Source: Bdellovibrionota bacterium (GTDB taxonomy: Bacteria; Bdellovibrionota; UBA1018; CAIPTA01; JAALKR01). Taken from it: DNA of 64,000 bases. The notes under the pieces are model-generated. The model was not told the DNA's origin, did no database searches, and saw nothing but the letters and a program-made list of their open reading frames with translations. Of the stretch, positions 29,459 through 40,291 are shown piece after piece. The stretch lies in NCBI GenBank assembly GCA_965207455.1, contig CBDBMJ010000001.1:1312001-1376000 (forward strand), written 5' to 3'. Both the position numbers and the translations under genes were made by a program. How positions within the stretch are numbered: the first letter of the stretch is position 1; each line of letters opens with the position of its first letter.

Positions 29459-31358
29459 AATTACCATATTCATAGTTAGAGGTATCTTGGTAGGAGTAAC
29501 TACTAAATCCTCCCGTAGAATAGTGTTCGTCTAGGCGCTGCTGACTCTCGTAGTAATTCCGTTCCGCATCTTCATAGGCTTGTTGAGAACTGTATAAACT
29601 ATTTCTTAGAGCGCTTTCTGTACTACGGAACCTCTCCTCTTGAGCTCTTCTTTCCCTTTCCCAACGATCACGCTCGTATCCGCCATTCTGCCTGTAGTTA
29701 GAAAAACCTGGGTTATAGCCACGAAAGCCTCCCGCACCTCTAGGGTTAAAATTGCGACCATAGTATGGTCCGTAGGTATTGCCTGGTCCGGGAAAACCGT
29801 GTCTCCATCCGCCGCCGCCGCCGCCGCCATGACCATAGGGATAACCCCCACCAGGACCATAAAAACCTCCACCACCGGGATAACCGAGGCCTCCACCGAA
29901 ACCTCCACGAAAGCCTCCACCACCGGGATAACCGAAGCCTCCACCGAGACCTCCGCCAAAGCCTCCACGGAAACCTCCACCTATGCCTGCACCAAAGCCA
30001 ATACCGGGATAACCCCCACCAGGACCATAAAAACCTCCACCACCGGGATAACCGAAACCTCCACGAAAGCCTCCACCAATGCCTGCATTGAAACCTCCAC
30101 CAGGATAGCCGAAACCTCCACCAAAACCAGGATAACCGAGACCTCCACCGAGACCTCCACGAAAGCCTCCACCAATGCCTGCATTGAAACCTCCACCAGG
30201 ATAGCCGAAACCTCCACCAAAACCAGGATAACCGAGACCTCCACCGAAACCTCCACGAAAGCCTATACCTGCACCGAAGCCAATACCGGGATAGCCACCG
30301 AAGCCTCCACCGAAACCAGGATAACCGAAACCTCCACCGAGACCTCCACGGAAGCCTCCACCTATACCTGCACCAAAGCCAATACCGGGATAACCGAAAC
30401 CTCCACCGCCGAAGCCGCCATAGCCGCCTCCACCGAAACCCGCACCCGCACCGAAACCTGCGCCTCCACCGAAACCGCCCTGGAGACCTCCGCCAAGGAG
30501 ACCAAAAGCGCCTGCTCCCATCGCAGCACCACCACCGTTCATAGCAGCCAATGCAAAAGCAGTTGTTCCCAATGTAGTTCCAAGAATACCTCCATAGCCT
30601 TGCGATGGCTGGCAGGGTACTCCTAACTGAGTACAGGTGTCTGTGTAGCGACGATAATCCTGCTTTTGACTGTTAACACCCCAAATTGAAGCTCCTATAC
30701 CTAATGCTCCAACGAGGAGGCTTGGCCAATGTTTACTAAACCAACCTTCTTTTTCACCACCACCATCGCCATAATCGTCGTCTCCTTTATTGGCACAGTC
30801 TGTGCAGATGAGATCTTCTTCTTTTACTGAGTCGCCTTTTGCTACTTCATCCCCACCTGTATCACCCTCAAGTAAGCTTTCTTCTGTTTCAATTTCGCCT
30901 CCATCGTCGCCTTCAGCCTTATCAGAATCTCCAGTTTCATCAAGCTCTGCAGCCTTAGCCTCATCAGCAGCCTTTTGAAGCTCCTCTTCTCGCTTAGCAA
31001 GTTCCCCAACTAGGTCGCCTAGATCATCTACTTTTCTTTTACAGTCCTTGAGTGTTTCTGATGCTGAAGTCGATGCGTCCCCACGGTCGATTGCACCCCC
31101 CAATGCTTCACACAAGTCATATAAATGATTCCCATTTCTCGTTAAGATACCTGCTTCCTTATCGGAAACCTTTAGATCCGTCATTCCCTGAATAAACTCT
31201 GAAGTGAGTCTTTTTTCTATTCTTGATATTTCAACTAATTTTTCTTCTACGTTTACTTCTTCTTGTACTTTTGCTTTTGTTGTTGTTTGCGCATAAGATC
31301 CGACAGGAAAGTTTATTAAGGATACTACAAGCATATAGATTAATAGTTTCTTCATCAT
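29439..31358 (-). CDS. Secreted/membrane protein with long Gly-Phe-Tyr-Pro repeat domain
   Basis: Signal peptide, helical and acidic region, CTDC, hydrophobic helices, long run of GGFGYPG/GGFRGG repeats; RBS AGGAG. Confidence 0.8.
   Translation of the reverse strand: MMKKLLIYMLVVSLINFPVGSYAQTTTKAKVQEEVNVEEKLVEISRIEKRLTSEFIQGMTDLKVSDKEAGILTRNGNHLYDLCEALGGAIDRGDASTSASETLKDCKRKVDDLGDLVGELAKREEELQKAADEAKAAELDETGDSDKAEGDDGGEIETEESLLEGDTGGDEVAKGDSVKEEDLICTDCANKGDDDYGDGGGEKEGWFSKHWPSLLVGALGIGASIWGVNSQKQDYRRYTDTCTQLGVPCQPSQGYGGILGTTLGTTAFALAAMNGGGAAMGAGAFGLLGGGLQGGFGGGAGFGAGAGFGGGGYGGFGGGGFGYPGIGFGAGIGGGFRGGLGGGFGYPGFGGGFGGYPGIGFGAGIGFRGGFGGGLGYPGFGGGFGYPGGGFNAGIGGGFRGGLGGGLGYPGFGGGFGYPGGGFNAGIGGGFRGGFGYPGGGGFYGPGGGYPGIGFGAGIGGGFRGGFGGGLGGGFGYPGGGGFRGGFGGGLGYPGGGGFYGPGGGYPYGHGGGGGGGWRHGFPGPGNTYGPYYGRNFNPRGAGGFRGYNPGFSNYRQNGGYERDRWERERRAQEERFRSTESALRNSLYSSQQAYEDAERNYYESQQRLDEHYSTGGFSSYSYQDTSNYEYGNSNDRRR
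29810..30500. repeat. Intragenic nested tandem repeats including a near-perfect 96-bp (32-aa) duplication at ~30061-30252
   Basis: CCACGAAAGCCTCCACCAATGCCTGCATTG recurs at 30061 and 30157; many ACCTCCACC units. Confidence 0.9.
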
Positions 31359-31546
31359 TTTCTCCTAAACTATTGCTTTAATCGAGAGCACACATTTGTA
31401 TGACTGCTCGGCTAATTGCAAGGAAGTGTTACTAACACATATATCTTCTTTATTTTACACAAAAAACAAGAAGATGGATACCCTTTCCATGGGGAATATT
31501 TACTAGAACAGTATGGAAGTACACGTTTTTATGTGAGAAATTTTGA

Positions 31547-32011
31547 CTATCGCAGCTTGGCTCGTCGAAAGCCTCCAATGGTGGACACAATGGCCTTTGC
31601 TAGTTTTGCATCTTCAGAAAAAACTTCGTCGATATCTTCATCCTTAAAAAGGTATTGAATTACCCATTCGGCCACATATTTAATCGGGCGTTGGAAATAA
31701 AGACCATCCACTTCGTACTCTCCGTGCTTGGAAAGCCAGGATTGCCTTACCGTACGGTAGGCTTCTCCTCCACTGAGGTGGAGTTCATCGAGGGCTTCAT
31801 TTTTACTTCCAATGGATTCCAGTACTTCGCTTTCCATATCCTCTTGGGTGCTAACTTGGGGCAAAATTTCTGTGGCAAAGCGTTCCAAAAGTTCATTGCG
31901 ACGCTCCATATTGATCGAAATCATACGTTGGGACTCCAGTCGCCTCAAAATACTCTGACACAAAAGTTTTACGCTCTCAAAGTCCGTTTGGTTAGCTGTT
32001 TCTATATTCAC
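31547..32011 (-). CDS. DUF507-like protein
   Basis: Probable GTG start after AAGGAG; C-terminal VAEWVIQYLFKDEDIDEVFSEDAKL pattern. Confidence 0.55.
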   Translation of the reverse strand: MNIETANQTDFESVKLLCQSILRRLESQRMISINMERRNELLERFATEILPQVSTQEDMESEVLESIGSKNEALDELHLSGGEAYRTVRQSWLSKHGEYEVDGLYFQRPIKYVAEWVIQYLFKDEDIDEVFSEDAKLAKAIVSTIGGFRRAKLR

Positions 32012-32015
32012 TTCT

Positions 32016-33656
32016 CTATTCTCCTTTATTCCCTTTTTCCTTACGACTTTGGAACATTTTTTTGAGTATAAATCTTTCCACTCTAAGAACTTCTGCCAAG
32101 CCCAGCAGTCTAGCAACTACCCAATATGTAACAGTTCCCATAAGGACACCGCAAGCCAATATATATATTTGTTTATAAAAAATAATATCTTGCCATGTGG
32201 GAGCATAATACAACCAATAATACCAAACTACAATTCCCATTATTGATCCGGCAAAGAATTGTCCTAAAAATCCAAACATTAATTCTTTGAAGGAGAGGTA
32301 TCGAGCATAATAATGCGTAGCGGCATACAGTATGGAGCAGTGGCATAATGCGGAAACTGAGGTGGCCAGTGCTAGTCCCGTAAATCCCATGGTGTCTATC
32401 CATAGAACGCATAGGACGATATTAATCACCACGGCCACAATTGCGCTGGCTACAGCTATGGAAGCCTTGCTTAAGCTATAGAGTATGGGGGTCATTATTT
32501 TATTACAGGAGTAGGCTGCTAGACCGATGGAGTAACAAGCAAGAGCTTGGGCTGTTAGGATCACGTCCTTGAATCCAAAACTACCGTGACCATAGATTAC
32601 GGAAGTAATGGGAACGCTTAAGACGGCCAACCCAATTGCGCTGGGAATGGTAAGAAAGGTGTTGATACGCAGGGATTGAGTAATAGTGGAGCACATTTTT
32701 TTTGCCTCACTTCTGGAGTGGAGGATAGACACTTGGGTAAGGGTTACTTGGGCAATACTTACGCCAAAGACACCGATGGGAAATTGCATGAGTCGAAAGG
32801 CATAGTTGAGCCAAGAGACAGCACCATCGCCCTGAGAGGCTGCGAAAAAAGAATTGACCAAAACATTTACTTGCATGGCTGCAAGTCCAACGGCTCCCAT
32901 GCCCATATAACGTACAATTTTACCAAGCTCTTTATTTTTCCATTGCATGTCTAGGTGGAATCGAAAACCCTCTCTTCGTAGAGCAGGAACTTGTAAAAGC
33001 CATTGACCCATTCCTCCCACGAGAACACCTACTACCATGCTATATATCGGATGTATTCCCATTGCGGGTAATTGGGGAGCTAGGGCGAGCATGCTAAGAA
33101 TACAAAAAATATTAAACGATGCGGGAGCAAGTGCGGGAGTAGTAAAGCGATTACGGGCATTAAGCAGAGCCATGCATACAGCCGCAAGCACAATAATGGG
33201 AAGGAAGGGAATGAGCCAAGTGGTGAGGCTTACTGTCAGTTCAAATTTTCCCGGGGTTTGCCGGAAGCTATGGGCAATTAGGTCCACAATGGGTTCTGCA
33301 AAACAAATGCCTAAGGCGACCATCAGGGTGAGGATCGTACTCAATAGGCAAATGAGTTTTCGAGCGACACTCCAAGCAACCTCTTCTCCCTGCTTTTTTC
33401 TAATTTTTGTATAAATGGGTATTAGGGCAGACCTCATAGCTCCTTCTGCCAAAAGATCTCGAAAGAGGTTGGGGATTCGAAAAGCAATTAGAAAGGCATC
33501 TGAGGCGAAGCTAGCACCAAAAAAAAAAGCAAACACTTGTTCACGAACCAGACCCAGTATGCGAGATAGGGCTGTGGCCATGGAAATAATTCCCATGGAT
33601 TTGAAAAAGTGTGCATTCCCTTCTGTTGACTTTTCGTCCATGGTTTTTTTCTTCAT
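32016..33656 (-). CDS. murJ: Lipid II flippase MurJ/MviN
   Basis: SRILGLVRE, AFRIPNLFRDLLAEGA, YAFRLMQFPIGVFG. Confidence 0.96.
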   Translation of the reverse strand: MKKKTMDEKSTEGNAHFFKSMGIISMATALSRILGLVREQVFAFFFGASFASDAFLIAFRIPNLFRDLLAEGAMRSALIPIYTKIRKKQGEEVAWSVARKLICLLSTILTLMVALGICFAEPIVDLIAHSFRQTPGKFELTVSLTTWLIPFLPIIVLAAVCMALLNARNRFTTPALAPASFNIFCILSMLALAPQLPAMGIHPIYSMVVGVLVGGMGQWLLQVPALRREGFRFHLDMQWKNKELGKIVRYMGMGAVGLAAMQVNVLVNSFFAASQGDGAVSWLNYAFRLMQFPIGVFGVSIAQVTLTQVSILHSRSEAKKMCSTITQSLRINTFLTIPSAIGLAVLSVPITSVIYGHGSFGFKDVILTAQALACYSIGLAAYSCNKIMTPILYSLSKASIAVASAIVAVVINIVLCVLWIDTMGFTGLALATSVSALCHCSILYAATHYYARYLSFKELMFGFLGQFFAGSIMGIVVWYYWLYYAPTWQDIIFYKQIYILACGVLMGTVTYWVVARLLGLAEVLRVERFILKKMFQSRKEKGNKGE

Positions 33657-33661
33657 GAGTG

Positions 33662-34871
33662 CTACAGTTCTCGCCAGGTCTTCTCTGAAGATTTGTCGTA
33701 GTTGGCTACATTTCTCTGAGTTGTGGGAGAGCCTAGCTTAATGGTGGTGGAGAAAAGATATCGTCGGTCTCCGTCCTGCCCGGCATGTGCGCCAATTTCC
33801 TCCTTATAGGTAAGCAGTGATATTCGGGCAATACCTATATCCACGCTTGCTCCCATTGTGAAATATAATTGGTTGAAGCCGGCTTGTATGGATATAAAGG
33901 GGAGCGACAGGTTTGCTCCAAAATGGAAATGTTTGGGAAAGGGTTCCTTATCGGTGGAAACATTAAGGTGTGAGTAATCTAGGGCTATGGTGAGGTTGTC
34001 CACCGATCGGGTGTAACCATGTCGTCGGGCTGCTCTTCGATTTGTTTTCGCTCCAAAAGGAAATCGAGCGGCTACTCCAATGGTAATGTTTTCTTCCTCT
34101 GGTTCGGGACGCTCCCTGTCCGTAAATTTACCAAAAGACGTTCGACCCACATTATGGTATACGAGAGCAACCGTATATTCTTGACGAGATCTTATGGGAA
34201 GTTGGTATTGAGTTCCCAGTGTAATACCGGTGCCCACTCCCTTTGCCTGAAACTTTTTTAATAAATCTTTGGGAGGGCCAATAAGATCCTGCAATCCAAT
34301 CTTCTTGGTGCCTCCTCTTCTGGTTATATGCTGAAGGGAGAAACCCAATCGTAAGGGTTTTTGTCGATTGCTAACCATGGGCCTACCTATGCCTATACCT
34401 ATACCACCCACAACACCAAAGTCCTGCATATAGGTTATTGTTGTTTTGGGGAACACACTATTGAGCAAATTTATTTTACCTTTTAAACGGTAGTATGTGG
34501 AAAGAGCAAACTTGGGTGCAGTGAATTGAGCCAAGACAGAAGTACCTAAATTCACTGGTCTATCGACAATAGTGTCAAAAATATCCTGAATGGATTGATC
34601 TCTCCTTTAAGTTCCGAATATTTTTAAAATGTTCTATGCTCGTTCGGTTCACATCTAAACTGAAATTCAGTAATTGAAATTCTAGTTTCCTTTGCAATGC
34701 TAAGCCGGCTGGATTGTAGTGCAGGGAAAGCCAATCGTCGGCCACGGCACTATAGGCTCCTCCCATGGCAAGAGGAATAGTACCCCAATGATTACTGGGT
34801 AATTCCCTCGCTATCGCCATATTACTAATGGGCAAGAAGAAAAGAAAAAAGAAAAAAAGTAGGGATCGCAT
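33662..34871 (-). CDS. Outer-membrane beta-barrel protein, TraF/PorV-like; one frameshift near 34600
   Basis: Signal peptide, LAMGGAYSAVADD..SLHYNPAGL plug motif; downstream frame is rich in amphipathic strands. Confidence 0.65.
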
Positions 34872-34877
34872 CGTTTG

Positions 34878-35726
34878 TTACTGCCATGCCAAGTTTAGGG
34901 TGAAAATAAGAACAGCTGAGTGTTGTGACGGAGGATCCAATAGCTCTCCTGTGCAAACGTCTCTGCTTTTATGAATATTGGAGCAGTCAGGTGCTTCTAT
35001 TCCTGAACCTGGAGGAGGTATAAAAGTACTGGCAGCATCGTCACAAACTTCTATAAGCGTATCCACCGCAGTTTGTATTTCCCCGCCCAAGCCAGAATTG
35101 GCGAAACTATCGATGATTACACCAAAGGCAGCACCAATAGCACAAGCATCCTCATTATTTAACGTACTATTAGACGGAATGACGAGATTATAGACTAGAA
35201 CCCTCCCCTTAACACCATCTGCACTTGCCTGTCCATTACGACTAATATTGGACCCCACCATGGCGAATTGAACCAACATCATCATAGTGTTAATGTCCGG
35301 GCTTCTTTGAACAGCCATTTTTTTCTCACCATCTTCTGTCAGCACATCAATGGCATAATACATATGCTGTAGCCTTGATATTCCATCAGAAGCAGTTCCG
35401 CTTGGCATCGTCTTGGATAGGGCTTGAAAAATACTTCCACTAGCATCACCTATATTCTCAATAAGCTCGATAAAATGAAATCCAGCAAAGCAGGCATGGG
35501 TGGAAGCCTTGATAATTCGTATTTCGTCATTTACATACTTAGAGTCATACAGTGGTGTAATAGTCTCCTTAGCATCTTGGCAGTGACCATGGCTTAACGC
35601 TTGGTTGGCTTTATAAATGCGTGCATTTCTGCCATACTCCGTATCTAAATCAAAACGATTTCCGCAAGAAACCAAAAAAGGTAGAAAAAATACAATATAG
35701 AATATACCGTGTTGGAAATAACCCAT
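34878..35726 (-). CDS. Hypothetical lipoprotein
   Basis: Lipobox LVSC, 282 aa, co-oriented in operon. Confidence 0.7.
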   Translation of the reverse strand: MGYFQHGIFYIVFFLPFLVSCGNRFDLDTEYGRNARIYKANQALSHGHCQDAKETITPLYDSKYVNDEIRIIKASTHACFAGFHFIELIENIGDASGSIFQALSKTMPSGTASDGISRLQHMYYAIDVLTEDGEKKMAVQRSPDINTMMMLVQFAMVGSNISRNGQASADGVKGRVLVYNLVIPSNSTLNNEDACAIGAAFGVIIDSFANSGLGGEIQTAVDTLIEVCDDAASTFIPPPGSGIEAPDCSNIHKSRDVCTGELLDPPSQHSAVLIFTLNLAWQ

Positions 35727-35766
35727 AAAAGAAAACCTCCTTGTTGTCCTCTATATTTATTTTAAC

Positions 35767-36975
35767 TTACTTGGAGAGCTTTTGAAATGCAGAAATAAGG
35801 CGACCCATGCCTTTCTCTAGACTTTTTTTCTCCACGGAAAAGCTAATGCGTATACAACGATCTTCTCCAAAAGCAGAGCCGGGTACAATAGCCACTAGCG
35901 CACTTTTTAACAGGTATTTGGAAAGATCAACACTACTGTTGATAGTAACTCCGTCGGGAGTCTTCCGCTTAAAATAGCAGGATATGTCCGGAAAACAATA
36001 AAACGCTCCCTGCGGTTCTTTCAAAGTAATTTCCTTTTCTTGAGCCAAGTGTTCTACAGCAATATCTCTGTTGATCCTCAACGTCTCCCTTAAGTTGTCC
36101 ATATAAGATGCGGGAAGATCGAGGGCTACTTGGGCCGCTGGCTGCACAAAGCTAGTAATATTAGAAATGGATTGCCCCTGTAAAGTTCCAACCGCTTTAA
36201 TAAGGGATTTTTCCCCAGCAATAAAACCCACACGCCAACCAGTCATGGCATGGGATTTGGAAAGCCCGTTCATGGTAACAGTACGTCGATACGCATCTTC
36301 AGAAAGAGTGGCAAAAGAACAAAAGAGATCTTCATAGACAAGCTCTCCATAAATTTCATCGGATAATACAAGTATATTTGTACCCTCTAGAACTTTTGCA
36401 ATCGCCTCCAAGTTTTCCTTACGCTGTATGGCTCCCGTGGGATTATTGGGAGAATTTAAAATAAGCAGTCGAGTCTTGGAACTTATGGCATTAGCAATCA
36501 CTTTAGGATCAATTTGAAACCCGTCCTCTGGATTTGTGGGTATCCACACAGGAATGCCACCAGCTAATTTCACTATGGGAGGATAGGATACCCAGTACGG
36601 TGTGGGAATTAACACTTCACTCCCTGGATTGACCAAAGCAAGAATCGTATTGAAGAAACCTTGCTTAATCCCGGAGGACACGGTTATTTGTTCTTCCAAG
36701 TACGGTATACCCCAACGATCCCCATACCATTGGGCAACTCGTTTTCGTAATGCGGGAATTCCGTTTGCAGGAGTATAACGAGTCTTGCCCTCTTTCATTG
36801 CCCTGGTAGCCGCAGATTGTATGCTTGGGTCCGTAGAAAAATTTGTTTCCCCAGCCGTAAGATTCACCACATCTATATCTTCTGCCTGCATGGATTTTGC
36901 TAAGGCATTTAACTCCAGTGTGGGAGAAGGCTTTAGTTCCTGTAGACGATCACTTAGTGTGAAAAGAGGATCCAT
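35767..36975 (-). CDS. PLP-dependent class I (aspartate) aminotransferase
   Basis: NSPNNPTG, SDEIY, NGLSKSHAMTGWRVG. Confidence 0.93.
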   Translation of the reverse strand: MDPLFTLSDRLQELKPSPTLELNALAKSMQAEDIDVVNLTAGETNFSTDPSIQSAATRAMKEGKTRYTPANGIPALRKRVAQWYGDRWGIPYLEEQITVSSGIKQGFFNTILALVNPGSEVLIPTPYWVSYPPIVKLAGGIPVWIPTNPEDGFQIDPKVIANAISSKTRLLILNSPNNPTGAIQRKENLEAIAKVLEGTNILVLSDEIYGELVYEDLFCSFATLSEDAYRRTVTMNGLSKSHAMTGWRVGFIAGEKSLIKAVGTLQGQSISNITSFVQPAAQVALDLPASYMDNLRETLRINRDIAVEHLAQEKEITLKEPQGAFYCFPDISCYFKRKTPDGVTINSSVDLSKYLLKSALVAIVPGSAFGEDRCIRISFSVEKKSLEKGMGRLISAFQKLSK

Positions 36976-36981
36976 GGAAAC

Positions 36982-37476
36982 TTAACGTTCTTTCTCGTTA
37001 TGTTTTTTCAGCATCGAATTGGCCACATTGATGGGCACATAATCCTTAGGGTTGCCTCCCAAAGAAACCATCTCCTTTAATAAGGAAGAACTAAGAAAAA
37101 AATACTCCTTACCCGTAGCCATAAAAAGAGTTTCTATTTTTACATTTAAGTTTTTATTCATAGAAGCCATGTCAAACTCATGTTCAAAATCCTTTGTGGC
37201 ACGCAGTCCTCGAAGCAAAAGGTAAATATTATGTTTTTTGGCATGTTCCATAATCAACCCCGAACAAGAGTCCACCCTTACTTTAGGATTATTCACAAAT
37301 ACTTCCCCAATCAGTGCCACCCTCTCCTCCACTGAAAAAAAGGAATGTTTCTTTGTTTTATTTTCCGCTACCACCACAAGAATTTCGTCAAATATGGATA
37401 AACCCCTTTGGATAATATCCAAATGCCCATTAGTAAATGGGTCAAAAGAACCGGGGTACATGGCAATCTGCTGCAT
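36982..37476 (-). CDS. coaD: Pantetheine-phosphate adenylyltransferase
   Basis: YPGSFDPFTNGHLDII, RGLR, SSSLLKE. Confidence 0.97.
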   Translation of the reverse strand: MQQIAMYPGSFDPFTNGHLDIIQRGLSIFDEILVVVAENKTKKHSFFSVEERVALIGEVFVNNPKVRVDSCSGLIMEHAKKHNIYLLLRGLRATKDFEHEFDMASMNKNLNVKIETLFMATGKEYFFLSSSLLKEMVSLGGNPKDYVPINVANSMLKKHNEKER

Positions 37477-37551
37477 TCCCCCATACTATACGCTTAGAGG
37501 GAATAGGTAAACGCATTAAAACTAGAGTGTCCAAAATAGAGCAAATAGGCT

Positions 37552-38532
37552 ATGGTGAGGGCAAGGAATACATCAATGATTGGATTTCAAGACTCCTTTT
37601 TTTTTGAATCAAACACTCCACCACCGCTACTGGAGAAATACCCTTTTTTCCGTAAAAGAATCCAAGCCCTCCATCACTGTGGAATATACCTGGGCACAAG
37701 CTCTTGGAAATTTCCCGGATGGAAGGATCTTGTTTACAACAGGCACTATGCCTCGGAACTACAATTTCAAAAAAACTGCCTAGAGGAATATACCGAACTA
37801 TTTACCAGCGTGGGCGTGGACTTTACTTTCTACAACTGGCCTCAGCCAAACACAATAGAATCCTTGTTACCCATGGTTCCAGAGAATTTCCCCCTATGCT
37901 TTAAAGTTACCGATAGGATTACCCTTCCCTATTTTCCCTCTATCCCCCGATTTGGACAGTTGATGGGCCAACGAAATCCTGAGTTTTTAGACGCTAACGT
38001 ATTTCAAAAGAAATTTCTCCAACCCTTGGCAAAACTAAGAAACAGACAAGGGCTATTTTTATTTACTTTTTCTCGACTCCATCAAGAACATCTCCCCTCC
38101 TTCCGTCAATTTTTCCAATCCATACCTAGAGATATTCCATACGCCATAGAAATGCGTGAACCCCAGTGGATAAATAAATCCTTCTACCGCTTATTGACAG
38201 ACTTAGACCTAAGCCCCGTATTCAATGCTTGGACAAATATGCCTCCCCTAAAACTTCAGTGGAATTGCTACCAATCCTTGGGCGCAACACTCTCTCAACC
38301 CATAGTAGTACGGGCAATGGTCCAGCCCGATACAAGCCACGAACAATCCGTCGCTCGTTTTTCTCCATTCCAAGAAGTCCAAAGACACTACGAAGATTTT
38401 CACGAAGACGTACAAATCATCCTTTCTTGCTGTCAAACCCAACAACAAAAAGGGTTTTTTCTTATTGGCAATGGCCTAGAAGGCTGCGCCCCGTGGACAG
38501 TGGCAAAAATCCTACGTCGATGGGAGGAGTAA
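37552..38532 (+). CDS. DUF72 family protein
   Basis: YLGTSSWKFPGW, VDFTFY, FKV, AIEMR, N..EGCAP. Confidence 0.85.
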   Translation: MVRARNTSMIGFQDSFFFESNTPPPLLEKYPFFRKRIQALHHCGIYLGTSSWKFPGWKDLVYNRHYASELQFQKNCLEEYTELFTSVGVDFTFYNWPQPNTIESLLPMVPENFPLCFKVTDRITLPYFPSIPRFGQLMGQRNPEFLDANVFQKKFLQPLAKLRNRQGLFLFTFSRLHQEHLPSFRQFFQSIPRDIPYAIEMREPQWINKSFYRLLTDLDLSPVFNAWTNMPPLKLQWNCYQSLGATLSQPIVVRAMVQPDTSHEQSVARFSPFQEVQRHYEDFHEDVQIILSCCQTQQQKGFFLIGNGLEGCAPWTVAKILRRWEE

Positions 38533-38757
38533 GAAAAACCCATACCCTCCAATCCCTCCAAAAAAAGAGAAATGCACCGCGCAACCAGCAGTAGATCTTA
38601 CTTGGTTTGAATAAAAAAATCTTTAAAACCAAGCGTTTGTCGCTTTTCTCCCAAAAGACTTTTCCCTTTACTTTTAAAGCGCAAAGCATTAATGTAGGAC
38701 GAATAATGCTGATAATGCTGATTTTTGAAGCATTACTAACTGAATAAAGAAGAAATT

Positions 38758-39486
38758 ATGATGGAAAATAAAAAATTGATCGCTGCTTTATTTATAGCTG
38801 CTACCTTTTTAGCACCTCAAAAAGGAGCGACTACAGGAAAAGGAAGTAACTGCTATTCTCAAAAACACTACGAGACAATAACCAGTAAGGAATTTATCCT
38901 TTCTGCAAAGCTATGTGGCGCGAAACTAAAGCATGCGCCTCTAAAATATGTGTATCTGTGGAAGGCGAATCTAACAGATGCAGATCTACGTTATGCAGAT
39001 CTAACTAGTGCAGACCTGTGGAAGGCAAATCTAAGAGGTGCAGATCTACGAAATGCGAATCTGTATAAAGCGAAACTGCGAGAAGTAAAACTCTTTGATA
39101 CAAAACTTCGTGATGCGAATCTACAGAATGCGGATCTGCATGGTGTGAACCTAAGTAAGATAGATCTAAGTGGTATGAACCTAAGCGCTGCCATTCTAAG
39201 TCATGCCGATCTAAGTGGTGCAAATCTAAGCGACGCAAATTTGAAAAATGCAGATATGCGAAAGGTAGTAATTGATGAGGAGCTAAACCTAACAGGCACG
39301 GATCTAAGTGGTGCAAATTTCAAAGATACAAATATGCAAAAGATAGTGATTGATGAGGAAACGATTCTGACAGGTGCTAACCTTACAGGCGCAAACTTGA
39401 GCATAGAACTACTGTGCCGAGCGGAAAAAGAAGAGCTAACATTAGGCCTTGCTAACTCATTCTTCGCATTTTTTCAGTGCGACTAA
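38758..39486 (+). CDS. Pentapeptide repeat protein with N-terminal signal peptide
   Basis: A(D/N)Lxx repeats throughout; hydrophobic N-terminus. Confidence 0.9.
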   Translation: MMENKKLIAALFIAATFLAPQKGATTGKGSNCYSQKHYETITSKEFILSAKLCGAKLKHAPLKYVYLWKANLTDADLRYADLTSADLWKANLRGADLRNANLYKAKLREVKLFDTKLRDANLQNADLHGVNLSKIDLSGMNLSAAILSHADLSGANLSDANLKNADMRKVVIDEELNLTGTDLSGANFKDTNMQKIVIDEETILTGANLTGANLSIELLCRAEKEELTLGLANSFFAFFQCD

Positions 39487-39552
39487 GGCACTTCAACCAC
39501 AAAACAACCACAGTAAACAGCGAAAACCAAGACCCTGCTGAATAATTTAAAG

Positions 39553-40188
39553 TTAGCTCCAGTCCACGGGAACTTCGAGGTTGGAGCCGTCTGCTTTAGC
39601 AATTTTAATAAAATCATTTTTCATGCCGAACTGGAATACATCTCTGGTGATAGCCACGTCCTGTTTGCAGTATTCAATAATTTTGTCGACCTTGCCTTCT
39701 TGCCACCATTGCACCGCTAAGGTGCCTTCTGCGCTTTTTCCCGTTCCGAGGGTGGCACTGGCAACTTTTTCCAATTTTATGAATTTCCAGTTACTGGCGT
39801 TTCGTATATCCAACATAATGTCAAAGGAGTCTACTAGGCTTAGGTCGAGGCCATATTTTTCCAGTATGGGCAGATCAAAGCCTTCAGAGTTATAGCCCAC
39901 CACAAGGCGTTCCTTGCATAGCGTGATAAGGGAGCTTAGCTCCGATTCCTTAAAGGTGAGCATTTCGTTTGTTTTCGAGTCGTAGGCACAGCCAATGGAG
40001 ACCTCCAGTTGAGCTAAATTCTTCCAACCGCCCACTGCGTCTACCAAGGTTTTCGTTTCCAGATCAAACACCAAGTAGTGCTCATTGCGCTGGAAAAGGC
40101 TCCCAGAACCCACATCTCCCGCAGAGGGGATGCTCATATCATGGGTCCAAAAACTGGGGCTAATCTTTATGCGAGTAGTTTGTGACAT
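39553..40188 (-). CDS. DEDD/RNase H-like 3'-5' exonuclease (YprB/RNase_H_2-like)
   Basis: VFDLET, GYNSEGFDLP, YCKQDV ExoI/II/III motifs. Confidence 0.85.
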   Translation of the reverse strand: MSQTTRIKISPSFWTHDMSIPSAGDVGSGSLFQRNEHYLVFDLETKTLVDAVGGWKNLAQLEVSIGCAYDSKTNEMLTFKESELSSLITLCKERLVVGYNSEGFDLPILEKYGLDLSLVDSFDIMLDIRNASNWKFIKLEKVASATLGTGKSAEGTLAVQWWQEGKVDKIIEYCKQDVAITRDVFQFGMKNDFIKIAKADGSNLEVPVDWS

Positions 40189-40214
40189 TTTTTATAGAGA
40201 TACCACAATCCGTA

Positions 40215-40243
40215 TTGACCTTGCTAGTTTCATGCTTCATATT
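40215..40243 (+). promoter_or_regulatory. Possible sigma70 promoter for the peroxiredoxin
   Basis: TTGACC-17 nt-CATATT. Confidence 0.4.
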
Positions 40244-40291
40244 TAGTATTCATGAAAAAAAACGAAAACAAACAAAAAAGGAGACAAAAAA

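Noticed and set aside
29810..30500. CRISPR array
   Set aside because: Repeats are codon-phased, have no unique spacers, and no cas genes are present.
29640..30626. 328-aa Thr/Ser/Glu-rich ORF on + strand and the alternative-frame ORFs
   Set aside because: Shadow frames of the Gly-repeat gene, which has an RBS and a signal peptide.
38991..39404. Antisense repetitive ORFs
   Set aside because: Shadows of the pentapeptide repeat gene.
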